From Verrucomicrobiaceae bacterium (GTDB lineage: Bacteria; Verrucomicrobiota; Verrucomicrobiia; Verrucomicrobiales; Akkermansiaceae): DNA of 64,000 bases. Position 1 is the stretch's first letter. Every line of letters starts with the position of its first letter. The notes under the pieces were generated by a model, which saw nothing but the letters and a program-made list of their open reading frames with translations, did no database searches and had not been told where the DNA came from. Location of the stretch: the NCBI GenBank assembly GCA_051252135.1, contig JBPOGH010000003.1, positions 64,001-128,000 of the forward strand, given 5' to 3'. This document shows, one piece after another, positions 1 to 10,245 of this stretch. The position numbers and the translations under genes are program-made.

Positions 1-1367
1 AGATAGAAGCTGTAGGTCTCGACCTCCTTGAGAGCCTTTCTCGTCGCTTCATTCGCAGAATCAAGAGCCCTGATGTAGTCGGTGTAATCCTGAATGACCG
101 ACTTCATCAGCGCTTCGTTCTGCTCCAGCAGATTCACCACCGCCTCCTTTGAAATTTTCTTTCTCTCCTCAGCCTCCTCCACATCCGACTCCACTTCCGC
201 AATTGCCTGCGCCATCACTTTCTCCACCCGGGCACTTCGGTCCGGTGGGAGCAGGGATAGCTCATCCTTCGCCTCCAAAAGCAGTATCCGGGCATTGGTT
301 GAATCCCGAATCCTCGATTGAAGACTCCTCGTAAGGGAGCGGGTCGTCGGAAGCTTCGATCGCTGCAGCCGCAAGAGACTCCCCGTCTTCGTATCGATCT
401 TAAGCCCGGCGGACTCCAGCAGTTCAATGCGCTTCTGTGCACTGAGCCGCTGCTCCAGCGTCTGGACTCGCTGGCCTTCCACCTTCTTTTCGTAATTCTT
501 CACCCCCACGATCTTCTCGCGCAGCTCCTTGCTCAAATCAGCGTGGCGGGTGTTCTCTTGGGCCAACTCATTCAAAACAGGCACATCCTGAAAACGCTCA
601 ACTTGCTTTTCCGAATCCACCTTCGCAGCCGTCGCCGCATCAATCTTCATCTGCTCAAGCCGGGCGGAACTCTCCTCGGCATCCTTTTCCAGTTGGGCCA
701 GTTCACGCATCGTGAGCTGCTTGCGCACCCCCGCCAGTTCTTGCGTTGCCGTGAGAAATTGCTGCTCGGCCTGGATTGTGGCGATCCGTTTCTCAATTGC
801 CTGACGCTTGGCCGCCAAGTGCGCGCGCTGCGCTTTCTCCGCCAAGGTCGTCGCCGGATAATCGGGGACCGCCATCGTCGCAAGCTCCGCCTGAAGCTTG
901 GCCAGTTCATTCGCAAGCTCCGCCTTTTGCTGAATCTCCGCCTCCGCCTTGCTCCCATAGCCCGCCATCTGGGATCCAAGCTCGGCAATGCGGGCCGCCT
1001 GGTTGCGCACCTTCGCCTCCAGCCCGGTCAGGTCCAACGACTCATCCGCTCCCGATTGTTCTTTGGGCACCTCCTCAAGCTTCGACTGCAAGCTCTTGAG
1101 AATCTGGGGCACCGCCGCAATCTCACTTTCCAGCTGAACCCGTCTTTTATTCGATTCCTGAGCCTGCTCGACAAACTCCCGCGTCTCCTTCCATAGCGCA
1201 AGCAAGCTGTCCCGCTCCGCATCGGCGAGCCCCTTTTTCTTCACCTCTTCAATTCGTAAATCTATTTCACCCGGGCTGATCGCCTGGTCGGGCGCCGCAG
1301 ACAACGGACCCGCTATCAAAGCCAAAAGAGCGAGAAGAATTCGGATAGTTCGGTTCGGAAAGGTCAT
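1..1367 (-). CDS. Large MscS-family mechanosensitive channel (MscK/KefA-like), N-terminal periplasmic coiled-coil part; runs off the window start
   Basis: Hand translation from ATG 1367 (MTFPNRTIRILLALLALIAGPLSAAP...) stays open to base 1. It shows a signal peptide, then ~430 aa of helical/coiled-coil sequence including 'LLRLQRSKLP', which resembles the MscK periplasmic region. Absent from the ORF track because it has no stop in the window. The channel domain is not visible. Confidence 0.55.
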   Translation of the reverse strand, partial: MTFPNRTIRILLALLALIAGPLSAAPDQAISPGEIDLRIEEVKKKGLADAERDSLLALWKETREFVEQAQESNKRRVQLESEIAAVPQILKSLQSKLEEVPKEQSGADESLDLTGLEAKVRNQAARIAELGSQMAGYGSKAEAEIQQKAELANELAKLQAELATMAVPDYPATTLAEKAQRAHLAAKRQAIEKRIATIQAEQQFLTATQELAGVRKQLTMRELAQLEKDAEESSARLEQMKIDAATAAKVDSEKQVERFQDVPVLNELAQENTRHADLSKELREKIVGVKNYEKKVEGQRVQTLEQRLSAQKRIELLESAGLKIDTKTGSLLRLQRSKLPTTRSLTRSLQSRIRDSTNARILLLEAKDELSLLPPDRSARVEKVMAQAIAEVESDVEEAEERKKISKEAVVNLLEQNEALMKSVIQDYTDYIRALDSANEATRKALKEVETYSFY

Positions 1368-1572
1368 CGGAAAGGAAAGCAAAAAGATCACCGAAGCGGA
1401 TGATCCACACCCCGGATATTCACCGCGATTCCCGATTTTGTCACCTGATAGATCCGAAAGCCTCCCCTCATCCTCCGGACCGGTCGATCCTGTCGGACTC
1501 CAATTCCTCGCGGGATTCTCAAAAAAACATGTCAGACATCGCCATTCCATCCGTATCCTTCTCCCACACTCT

Positions 1573-3135
1573 ATGAAGCGACTTCTAGCTCTGGCACTTC
1601 TGGCCTCACCACTCCACGCCGCCCACCCCGGCGAAACCATCTATCAAACCCTCTGCATCGCCTGCCACGGCCCTGACGGAAAAGGCGTTGGCGAAGCCGA
1701 AAACAAATTCCCGCCCCTCTACAAGAGCGATTGGGTCCGGGGCGACGCCCGCCGCACCATCCAGGTCGTCCTCCACGGACTCGCCGGAGAAATCACCGTA
1801 AATGACAAAAGCTATAACCTCGTCATGCCTCCCCACGGCGGCTCCATGACCGATCAGCAAATCGCCGATGTCGTCACCTACGTGCGCTCCAACTTTGGAA
1901 ACAAGGGATCTGCCGTAAACGTCGCCATGGTTAAGGAGCAGCGGGACCAAAAGGACAATCCCGAGCTCCCCAACATGTGGAACCCCAAAAAACTCCTCAA
2001 AAAATACCCCCTCCGCGGCGCCTCCAAAAAGCCCCCCATCAACGACCTCCTCTCCTACATCCACCACGGCGACTTCAAAACCCTCGCCGCCCTCCGCGCA
2101 TCCGAGGCCAAGAATGCCGAGGAGGAAAAAGCCGGACTCATCTCCCTCAAGCACGCCGATCGCAACGAAAAATTCGGCCTCGTCTGGACCGGCTGGCTCG
2201 ATGTCCCGCGCGACGGAACCTACCAGTTCACCTACGATACCGATGACGGAGGAGCCATCTCCATCAACGACAAGGAAATCATCACCCGCGACCGCATCGG
2301 ACCCGCAGGACAACCCACCACCAAAAAGGTGAAGCTCAAGAAAGGCCGTGCCGAAATCAAAATCGAATACTTCGAATACACCGGCCAGGAATCCATCTCC
2401 CTCATGTGGAACGGACCCGGCATCAAGAACGTCGCCCTCTCCGAAGGCGCGACCAAACAAAAATCCGGCAACCCCGTCATCATGCTCAAGGCACCCGCTG
2501 GAGAAGCCACCATCTACCGGAACTTCATCGAAGGCACCGACCCACGCGGCATCGGCGTCGGCTACTCCGAAGGCGTCAACCTCGCCTTCAGCGGTGACTC
2601 CATGAGCCTCGACATGATCTGGACCGGAGACTTCATCGACGCCGGCCGTCACTGGACCGCCCGCGGCCAAGGCTTCCAGGGCCCTGCCGGAGACGATGTC
2701 GTCACCGTCAACCGTGGCCTCGCCTTCGCCCTCCTCGAGAGCCAAACCGAAGCCTGGCCCTCCGCGGCCAATGACAAGCTCAAGCCCACCTTCAAAGGCT
2801 ACCAGCTCAACAAAGCCCGCCAACCCGGCTTTGCCTACCTCTTCGGCGGCATCCAGATCACCGACCAACCCATCCCCACCTCGTCCACCCAACTCACCCG
2901 CACCATCACCTTGGAAATCCCGGAATCCGCAAAGAGCGATGACACCCTCTACTTCCGCGCCCTGAGCGGAGGAGCCGTCACTCCCACCGGCGAGCGCGAG
3001 TTCACCTTCGAGAACCTCACCGTCTCGGTCCCCAAATCCGAACACCCGCCCTTTGCGCGCCAGAACGAACTCCTAATCCCCATCCCCCTCACCGCCGGGA
3101 CCCACACCATCCAACTCACCTACACCTGGAACTAA
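1573..3135 (+). CDS. Exported c-type cytochrome fused to a PA14 domain and a C-terminal beta domain
   Basis: Signal peptide MKRLLALALLASPLHA, haem motif CIACH, distal Met in 'VMPP', PA14-like 'FGLVWTGWLDVPRDGTYQF..DTDDG...IEYFEYTG'. Start moved from the upstream TTG to ATG 1573. Confidence 0.85.
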   Translation: MKRLLALALLASPLHAAHPGETIYQTLCIACHGPDGKGVGEAENKFPPLYKSDWVRGDARRTIQVVLHGLAGEITVNDKSYNLVMPPHGGSMTDQQIADVVTYVRSNFGNKGSAVNVAMVKEQRDQKDNPELPNMWNPKKLLKKYPLRGASKKPPINDLLSYIHHGDFKTLAALRASEAKNAEEEKAGLISLKHADRNEKFGLVWTGWLDVPRDGTYQFTYDTDDGGAISINDKEIITRDRIGPAGQPTTKKVKLKKGRAEIKIEYFEYTGQESISLMWNGPGIKNVALSEGATKQKSGNPVIMLKAPAGEATIYRNFIEGTDPRGIGVGYSEGVNLAFSGDSMSLDMIWTGDFIDAGRHWTARGQGFQGPAGDDVVTVNRGLAFALLESQTEAWPSAANDKLKPTFKGYQLNKARQPGFAYLFGGIQITDQPIPTSSTQLTRTITLEIPESAKSDDTLYFRALSGGAVTPTGEREFTFENLTVSVPKSEHPPFARQNELLIPIPLTAGTHTIQLTYTWN

Positions 3136-3156
3136 CCACTCCCAATCTCTCATCAG

Positions 3157-4611
3157 ATGAAATCATTTCTCACTCTCTCCCTCCTCGCCACCACCGTCGC
3201 CCTCGCCGACGAACGACAGGCCGAGTTCTACCTCCGCGAAGAAATTCCCATGCCTGAGGGCGAAGTCCTCGAGCTCGGATCCATCGCCATCATGCCCGAT
3301 AAAAAAGTCGCCGTCAGCTCACGCCGCGGTGACATCTGGGTTTGCGAAGGCGCTTATGAAGCTGACCTCTCCAAGGTCAAATGGACCCTCTACGCCCGCG
3401 GTCTCCACGAACCCCTCGGCATGTTCTACAAGGATGGCTCACTCTACACCACCTCCCGCCCCGAGATCACCAAAATGACCGACACCGATGGCGACGGTCG
3501 CGCGGACATCTTCGAAACCGTCACCCAATTCTGGGGCATCGATGGCAACTACCACGAATACAACTTCGGCTCCGATCCCGATAAAGACGGAAACGTCTGG
3601 GTTGTCCAGTGCCTCACCGGATCCGGCGGCGCCAGTGACAAATCCCCCTGGCGCGGTTGGTGCTTCCGCTACAGCCTCGATGGCGAAAGCAAAGCCATCC
3701 CCACCTGCCCCGGCATCCGCTCACCCGGCGGCATCGGCTTCAATGAAGGTGGCGAAGCCTTCTACACCGATAACCAGGGCCTCTGGAATGGCTCCTCCTC
3801 CCTCAAGTGGCTCAAACCAGGAGGTTTCATGGGCAACCCCACCGGCAACAAGTACGCCCCCATCTTGGACCTCGAAGAACCACCCAACCCCACCTCCGGG
3901 TCCCGCATGGTCACCGAGCACGATAAGGACCCCCGCATCATCCCGCCCGCCATCGTCCTTCCCCACGGAAAAGTCGGCCAATCCCCCACCGCCGTCATCT
4001 ATGATCCCACCAAAGGAAAATTCGGACCCTTCCAGGGCCAGGTCCTCGTCGGTGAACAAACCCACTCACAAGTCCAGCGCGTCTACCTCGAAAAAGTAAA
4101 CGGCCTCTACCAGGGCGCCGTCTGGAAATTCCTCGAGGACTTCCGCTGCGGCATCATCCCCGCCCGCATGGGTGAGGACGCCACCCTCTTCGTCGGAGGA
4201 TCCAACCGCGGCTGGGCCGCCCGGGGCGGAAAAAACTTCACCTTCGAGCGCGTCCGCTGGACCGGAAAAACCCCCTTCGAAATGCACGAGATGCACGCCA
4301 AAAAAGACGGCTTCATCATCTCCTTCACCGAGCCCGTCGACAAAAAAACCGCGACCGATCCCTCCTCCTACAAGGCCGCCGCCTGGACCTACATCTACCA
4401 GTCGGGCTACGGCAGCCCCGAGGTCGACCAAGCCACCCCCGTCGTCGAAAAGGCCACCCTTTCCCCCGATGGAAAATCCGTCCACCTCCGGGTCTCCGGA
4501 CGCGTCCGCGGCCACGTCCACCACTTCAATCTCGAAGCCGTTCAATCCGCCTCCGGCAAACGCCTCTGGCACCCCGACGTCTACTACACTCTCAACGAAA
4601 TCCCCAAGTAG
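3157..4611 (+). CDS. Exported beta-propeller protein, glucose/sorbosone dehydrogenase-like (PVC-type)
   Basis: Signal peptide; motifs 'GLHEPLG', 'DTDGDGRAD', 'GIRSPGG', 'TDNQG.W', 'FGPFQGQ'. Starts 21 bp after the cytochrome gene. Confidence 0.7.
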   Translation: MKSFLTLSLLATTVALADERQAEFYLREEIPMPEGEVLELGSIAIMPDKKVAVSSRRGDIWVCEGAYEADLSKVKWTLYARGLHEPLGMFYKDGSLYTTSRPEITKMTDTDGDGRADIFETVTQFWGIDGNYHEYNFGSDPDKDGNVWVVQCLTGSGGASDKSPWRGWCFRYSLDGESKAIPTCPGIRSPGGIGFNEGGEAFYTDNQGLWNGSSSLKWLKPGGFMGNPTGNKYAPILDLEEPPNPTSGSRMVTEHDKDPRIIPPAIVLPHGKVGQSPTAVIYDPTKGKFGPFQGQVLVGEQTHSQVQRVYLEKVNGLYQGAVWKFLEDFRCGIIPARMGEDATLFVGGSNRGWAARGGKNFTFERVRWTGKTPFEMHEMHAKKDGFIISFTEPVDKKTATDPSSYKAAAWTYIYQSGYGSPEVDQATPVVEKATLSPDGKSVHLRVSGRVRGHVHHFNLEAVQSASGKRLWHPDVYYTLNEIPK

Positions 4612-4632
4612 CGGGACTTCCTCATTCTCCCC

Positions 4633-4663
4633 AGCCACGTCCCACCCGGGACGTGGCTTTTTT
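4633..4663 (+). terminator. Rho-independent terminator
   Basis: AGCCACGTCCC-ACCC-GGGACGTGGCT followed by a T-tract, between convergent genes. Confidence 0.8.
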
Positions 4664-6287
4664 ACGGCTTCCCCTTCTCGTAAATCTCCCGAATTTCACC
4701 CTCCGTAAACGCTCGCTTCGCAATCAAAAACTCCCCCATCGCCCCCTCGATATTCCTCACCTCAAACTCCGTCCCCTCCGCCCAATCGCGATACGGCCAA
4801 TTCCCCAAATCAGCCACCCCAAACCCCACCGGACCCGCCACCGTAATCTCATTCTCCCACACCAGCTTCCCGTTTGCATAATGCCGCACCCGTGCCGCGG
4901 GGGAATCATACACCACCGCCAGATGCACCCACTTGCCCGCCTGAAAAAGTGGCCCCAGATTCTCATTCGCGTGATACCGGTGACGCACGGACTCAGCCTC
5001 CCGGGTAGTCGTTTCCACAAAATGCGAATACACCGGCACCTTCCCCAATTCAGGCCCCTCCACCGCCGGTGAAATCACACTCCAGATCGTCGACCTCTCC
5101 TGCTCCCTCTCCGAGTGTAAGAGTGACGTATACCTCTCCCCCACCGCATCCTTCCGGATCCATGTCGAAAGCGTCACCGCCGCGTAAGACCCGGGAATCT
5201 GGAGCCGCACCCGGTTCGAGGAATTCTCAAATCCCAACGCCCGCTTCCCCGGCCATCTCCCCTCCGTGCTGAAACACCCCACCACCGCTCCATCCGTGTC
5301 GGGAGGACCCGCCACCGCCTCATTCGGAATATCTCGACGCCACTCCGATGAATTCCCAAAACCATAAAACAAAATCACATCCGGATCATTGATCAACTTC
5401 GTCCTCAAATCCTCCCATCCCTTCAACCGCAGCCGCGCCTTCTCATCAAGAATCCAGGGCCTCAAAAAATCGCCATCCCGGAGAGGAACCTCACTCGAAG
5501 CCCCCCCGGCAAATCGCAACGCCGTCTGCTCCTCCACCACCTGCTCCCTACCGGCCTCATCACCCACCGTCACCTTCGATCCAAACACATGAATCTCACC
5601 CTCATCATCCGCTCCCACTTGCAACGCATATTCCACACCTGAATTCGACGCCACAAACTGCGGCGTGTGCATCCTGAAATTACTCGCCGCAGACGGCACC
5701 TTCGCCGTCGCTCTTCCAAAATGCAAAAACCCCGAGTCCGCCCCAATCACCTCAAACCTCGCCGGCCCCTCCACCAGAACCGTCGCCCCCGTATAAAAAT
5801 CAACCTGCAACCTCCCGCCCTCAATCTCAAGCACCCCCGGCCTCAACAGACTTCGCCCGTCCCGCTGCACCACCTCCAGCGGAATTCCCTCCATCCAGCT
5901 CACCCCGTCCCTCCTGCTCAACACCGCCACCGCCGATTGCTCAAAAACCTTCTCCCCCCCCTCCGCTACCGGTGAATCCTCTTCCTTCTTCCCTCCTCCG
6001 CCACCCCACCACCACACCGCCATCACCCCCATAAATATCATCCCCCCAATCAACAACAGCACCCTTCCACCCCCACCTTCCTTTCCCCCGCCCCCCTCGA
6101 TCGGTAGCCCCAGCGCCTCCTTCAGATGCGCCTCCACATAAAGCTGCTGCGCCACCCGCCGCCTCTCCTTCGGATGATTCCGGATAATATCCCGCAAGGC
6201 CGCCTGCCCCGCCTCATCCAAATCATCCTCCCGCAACCGCTGCACCAGCCGGTCCACATCACTCTTCCGGTAATTCTCCTGAATCAC
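4662..6287 (-). CDS. FecR-like anti-sigma factor with C-terminal LamG/concanavalin-like domain
   Basis: N-terminal anti-sigma helix, one TM (LLLIGGMIFMGVMAVWWW), FecR-like 'GATVLVEGPARFEV...TPQ..', LamG 'WVHLAVVYD...YANG'. Overlaps the sigma gene by 4 bp. Confidence 0.8.
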   Translation of the reverse strand: MIQENYRKSDVDRLVQRLREDDLDEAGQAALRDIIRNHPKERRRVAQQLYVEAHLKEALGLPIEGGGGKEGGGGRVLLLIGGMIFMGVMAVWWWGGGGGKKEEDSPVAEGGEKVFEQSAVAVLSRRDGVSWMEGIPLEVVQRDGRSLLRPGVLEIEGGRLQVDFYTGATVLVEGPARFEVIGADSGFLHFGRATAKVPSAASNFRMHTPQFVASNSGVEYALQVGADDEGEIHVFGSKVTVGDEAGREQVVEEQTALRFAGGASSEVPLRDGDFLRPWILDEKARLRLKGWEDLRTKLINDPDVILFYGFGNSSEWRRDIPNEAVAGPPDTDGAVVGCFSTEGRWPGKRALGFENSSNRVRLQIPGSYAAVTLSTWIRKDAVGERYTSLLHSEREQERSTIWSVISPAVEGPELGKVPVYSHFVETTTREAESVRHRYHANENLGPLFQAGKWVHLAVVYDSPAARVRHYANGKLVWENEITVAGPVGFGVADLGNWPYRDWAEGTEFEVRNIEGAMGEFLIAKRAFTEGEIREIYEKGKP

Positions 6288-6817
6288 CGCACATCCTCCT
6301 GCCCACGTCCCAAACTCTTCTCAATGCAATCCACCAACATCCCGTGCGCCTTTTCTAACAACAAATAAACCGCCCGCACACTCTTTCCCTGCTTCTCCGC
6401 AATCTCCTTCACCTTCTGATCCTTGTGATAACGCGACTTCAAGGTCTTCAGGCACTTCTTCGGCAACTTTCCCAAACACACCTGCAACCCGTCCCGCATG
6501 TCATCAAACTCACAACTCACCGAGATCGCCTCATCCGCCAGCCGAATCAAATCATCATCATCCAGACTCAAGGGCAGCCGCGCCTGCTTCCGCCGCCAAT
6601 TCAACACACAGAATCGCCCCACACTCATCGCCCACACCGCAAAATCCGTCCCCTCCTCAAAAATCTCAAACTTCCGCCAAAGAATCGTCGAGACCTCCTG
6701 CAACAAATCCTCCGCCGCCTGGTGATTCTGCACCAAAGAATAAACAAAGCCGTAAATCCGATGACGATTCGCCATCAGCAGGCTCGAAAACAATTCTCCT
6801 CGATCAGTCTCTCCCAT
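6284..6817 (-). CDS. ECF sigma-70 factor (Rhodopirellula/Verrucomicrobium-type)
   Basis: Region 2 'AEDLLQEV...LWRKF..F..GTDF..WA' and region 4 HTH. ATG 6817 preferred over the upstream TTG at 6859. Confidence 0.9.
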   Translation of the reverse strand: MGETDRGELFSSLLMANRHRIYGFVYSLVQNHQAAEDLLQEVSTILWRKFEIFEEGTDFAVWAMSVGRFCVLNWRRKQARLPLSLDDDDLIRLADEAISVSCEFDDMRDGLQVCLGKLPKKCLKTLKSRYHKDQKVKEIAEKQGKSVRAVYLLLEKAHGMLVDCIEKSLGRGQEDVR

Positions 6818-6977
6818 AAATCCTCTCCCCAAAAACCTATCATACACCTCCCGGACCAACCAAGCATTTCCACCCTCCCCTCAAACGTCTGCATTTTGCG
6901 CTCCACAAAGGCCATCCTGTATGACACTTCTATCAACGCCCGATCACACACTCGGGCCCTAACACAAACAAACTTCC

Positions 6978-8516
6978 GTGAGTTCAGATTCCCAAAAGCC
7001 GGCCATCGTGCCCAAGCAATACCTCCTCGCTTTCATCCTCACCACCTGCTGCTTCTCCCTCTGGGGCTTCGCAAACGACTTCACCAACCCCCTGGTGAAG
7101 GTCTATGAAAACGTCTTCATCATCACCACAAGCCAAGCGACCTGGCTCCAGTTCGCCTTCTACACCGGCTACTTCTGCATGGCCCTTCCCGCCGCCTTCT
7201 TTATCAGAAAATTCTCCTACAAGGCCGCCATCATGGTCGGATTCGGCTTCTACGCCCTCGGCGCACTTCTCGCCATCCCGGCATCAATCACCGCCACCTT
7301 CTGGATCTTCGTCATCGGCTCCTACATCCTCACCTACGGACTCGCCTTCCTCGAAACCGCCTGCAACCCCTACATCCTCTCCATGGGGCCTCGCGAAACC
7401 GCCACCCAGCGACTCAACCTCGCCCAAGCCTTCAACCCCATCGGCTCCCTGATCGGCATGACCATCGCCAGCCAGGTCCTCGCACCCAGCCTCCTCATCA
7501 CTCAACTCCGCGACGATATCGACGCCGGAAAACCCGAGGTCACCAGCTACCTCTACACCGATGCCGCCGCACTCCCTGAAGGAGCCGTCATCAAGGAAAT
7601 TGAAGACAAAAAAGTGGTCGTTCTCGCAGACGAGCGGAAGACCGAAGTCCCCTTCTACGAGGATGGCCTTCCCGACTACGCCACTGAAATCGGAGCCCTC
7701 GACGGCGCCACCACCGCCGCCTTGAAATCCATGCGCGCCACCGACCCCTCGGCCTTCGACGCCCTCCAACAAGGAGACCTCGGCAATGTCCGCAAGCCCT
7801 ACATCGTCATTGCCGGAGTCGTCATCGCCTTCCTCGTCATCTTCTCCGTCGCAAAAATGCCCTCCTTCGACAAAAAGGAAAAAGACGCCCCGTTCGGAGA
7901 AATTTGCGGACGCATCTTCTCACGCGCCCATTTCCGCGAAGGAGTCCTCGCCCAACTCTTCTACGTTGGCGCACAAATCATGTGCTGGACCTTCATCGTC
8001 CACTACGGAATGGAACAGGTCGGGCTCACCCTCGGACAAGCCCAAACCTGGAACATCGTCGCCATGATCATCTTCCTCTCCAGCCGTTGGATCTGCACCT
8101 TCCTCCTGCGCATCGTCAGCCCCGGCAAACTCCTTTGCCTCTTCGCCCTCGGTGGCATCGTCTTCACCATCGGCGCAATCTACCTCCGTGGCGAAATTTC
8201 CACCATCAACCTCTTCGGTAAGGAACTCGCCTACAACCACGGCCTCCTCAGCCTGGTCATGATTTCGGCCTGCATGTCCCTCATGTTCCCCACCATCTAC
8301 GGCATCGCCCTTCAGAATATGGAGGAAGAAGAAGCCAAGCTCGGCTCCGCCTTCCTCATCATGTCCATCGTCGGTGGTGCCGTCCTGACCCAGGCCCAGG
8401 GATTCGTCATCGATGCCTCCGGCGTCCGGCTCTCCTTCTGGCTCCCCGTATTCTGCTTCGTCTACGTCGCCTTCTACGGATTCCGCACCTTCTCCAAATT
8501 CGAGAAAGAAGCCTAA
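6978..8516 (+). CDS. fucP: L-fucose:H+ symporter permease (MFS, FHS family)
   Basis: 'FSLWGFANDFTNP', 'QFAFYTGY', 'LETACNPY', 'RLNLAQAFNP', 'FYVGAQ', 'SLMFPTIY'; ~12 TM; next to a fucosidase. Confidence 0.9.
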   Translation: MSSDSQKPAIVPKQYLLAFILTTCCFSLWGFANDFTNPLVKVYENVFIITTSQATWLQFAFYTGYFCMALPAAFFIRKFSYKAAIMVGFGFYALGALLAIPASITATFWIFVIGSYILTYGLAFLETACNPYILSMGPRETATQRLNLAQAFNPIGSLIGMTIASQVLAPSLLITQLRDDIDAGKPEVTSYLYTDAAALPEGAVIKEIEDKKVVVLADERKTEVPFYEDGLPDYATEIGALDGATTAALKSMRATDPSAFDALQQGDLGNVRKPYIVIAGVVIAFLVIFSVAKMPSFDKKEKDAPFGEICGRIFSRAHFREGVLAQLFYVGAQIMCWTFIVHYGMEQVGLTLGQAQTWNIVAMIIFLSSRWICTFLLRIVSPGKLLCLFALGGIVFTIGAIYLRGEISTINLFGKELAYNHGLLSLVMISACMSLMFPTIYGIALQNMEEEEAKLGSAFLIMSIVGGAVLTQAQGFVIDASGVRLSFWLPVFCFVYVAFYGFRTFSKFEKEA

Positions 8517-8534
8517 GCATCACAACCCCTTCCT

Positions 8535-8564
8535 AAGCCCGGCCCATTCGAGGCCGGGCTTCTT
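8535..8564 (+). terminator. Intergenic stem-loop between fucP and the fucosidase (weak terminator or mRNA stabiliser)
   Basis: AAGCCCGGCC-CATTCGA-GGCCGGGCTT followed by CTT. Confidence 0.55.
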
Positions 8565-8589
8565 CATCTCCACATTGCCAAACCAGCTC

Positions 8590-10191
8590 ATGAAAAACTC
8601 ACTCTCCATCCTCGCCCTCACCGCCGCCTCCCTCTTCGCGGACTCCAAATTCCCCGCTCCCGTCCCCGCCGAAAAGCACGCCGCTCTCGTCAAATCAAAG
8701 CTCGAGGAAGTCGAAAAAGTCGTCGCCGCAGGCCCCTTCAAACCCACCACCGAATCCCTCACCAAAATCGGCATCCCCGAGTGGTACGCCGATGCCAAGC
8801 TCGGCATCTTCATCCACTGGGGAGGCTACTGCGTCCCCGCCTTCGGCTCCGAGTGGTACCCCCGCAAAATGTATGATCCCTCCACCAAAGAGCACAAACA
8901 CCACCTCGAAACCTACGGCCCCCTCGATAAGTTCGGCTACAAGGACTTCCTCCCCGAGCTGAAAGCCGAAAAATTCGACGCCAAAGCCTGGGCCAAGCTC
9001 TTCAAGGACGCCGGCGCCAAATACGTCATGCCCGTCGCCGAGCACCACGATGGCTTCTCCCTCTACGAAAACCCCTTCACCCGCTGGGACTCCACCGAAG
9101 TCGGACCCATGCGCGACGTCATCGCCGAGCTCAAGACCGCCCTCAAGGAAGAAGACCTCAAGTTCTGCGTCTCCTCACACCGCGCCTTCAACTGGGCCTT
9201 CTTCTTCCGCATGGAAGGAGCGGATAACACCAACCCGGAGTTCTTCGACCTCTACTCCGCCGACCAACCCTACCTCTACCCCAACCCCGAGGAAAACGTC
9301 TTCTCCGGACAAGGCGAACACCGCCATACCTGGGTCTCCTCCCAGGCCTTCCGCGATGACTGGCTCGCCCGCACTGCCGACCTCGTCGACCGCTACGAGC
9401 CCGATGTCATCTGGTTCGACTTCGGCATCGGCCGCGATAAAAACGGCTCCACCGAATCCAACGACCACTACGCCCTCAACCAAAAATTCGCCGCCTACTT
9501 CTACAACAAGGCCGCCGCCCGCGGTGCCGAAAAAGAAGTCGCCATCAACTACAAGTGGAACGCCTATCAGGACGGTGAAGCCATGCTCGATATCGAGCGC
9601 GGCAAGCTCGCCGGCATCCGCCCCCAAGTCTGGCAGACCGACACCTCCGTCTCCTACAACTCCTGGGGCTACGTCACCAACCACAAATACAAGCCCGTCA
9701 ACGTCATCGTCGATGACCTCATCGACATCGTCTCCAAAAACGGCGTCCTCCTCCTCAACATCGGACCCAAGGCCGATGGCACCATCCCCGAAAAGGAACA
9801 GGAAATCCTCCTCTCCCTCGGCAGCTGGCTCAAGGTCAATGGCGAAGGCATCTACGGCACCCGCCCCTGGAAAACCTTCGGCGAGGGCAAAACCACCAAC
9901 GCCGAAGGAGCCCACCAGGAGCACAAACAAAAAGGCTACGACAAAGAAGACATCCGCTTCACCACCGGTCACGGCAACCTCTACGCCTTCCTCATGGAAT
10001 GGCCCGGAGAAAAGACCACCATCAAGTCGCTTAAAAAAGGCAATGCCCACGAACAACGCGCCATCAAAAGCGTCTCCCTCCTCGGTGGCGGAAAAGTCAA
10101 CTTCTCCCAAACCGACGCAGGTCTCGAGCTCACCCTCCCCGCAAAGGCTCCTCAGGATTTCGCCAACGGACTCAAAATCGAATTCCAGTAG
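8590..10191 (+). CDS. Alpha-L-fucosidase (GH29), exported
   Basis: 'AKLGIFIHWG', 'EWY', 'AEHHDGF', 'PDVIWFD' (nucleophile), 'DIERG', 'DIVSKNG.LLLNIGP.ADG', 'WL.VNGE.IYGTRPW'. Signal peptide from ATG 8590. Confidence 0.95.
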   Translation: MKNSLSILALTAASLFADSKFPAPVPAEKHAALVKSKLEEVEKVVAAGPFKPTTESLTKIGIPEWYADAKLGIFIHWGGYCVPAFGSEWYPRKMYDPSTKEHKHHLETYGPLDKFGYKDFLPELKAEKFDAKAWAKLFKDAGAKYVMPVAEHHDGFSLYENPFTRWDSTEVGPMRDVIAELKTALKEEDLKFCVSSHRAFNWAFFFRMEGADNTNPEFFDLYSADQPYLYPNPEENVFSGQGEHRHTWVSSQAFRDDWLARTADLVDRYEPDVIWFDFGIGRDKNGSTESNDHYALNQKFAAYFYNKAAARGAEKEVAINYKWNAYQDGEAMLDIERGKLAGIRPQVWQTDTSVSYNSWGYVTNHKYKPVNVIVDDLIDIVSKNGVLLLNIGPKADGTIPEKEQEILLSLGSWLKVNGEGIYGTRPWKTFGEGKTTNAEGAHQEHKQKGYDKEDIRFTTGHGNLYAFLMEWPGEKTTIKSLKKGNAHEQRAIKSVSLLGGGKVNFSQTDAGLELTLPAKAPQDFANGLKIEFQ

Positions 10192-10245
10192 ATCGTCTTT
10201 TCCCTTCACAGGTCCCGTCCGGATCGCCAAGCTCCCCTCAATCTT

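Noticed and set aside
318..1196. 292-aa + strand ORF
   Set aside because: Antisense shadow of the minus-strand coiled-coil gene (1-1367), which has a signal peptide and natural composition.
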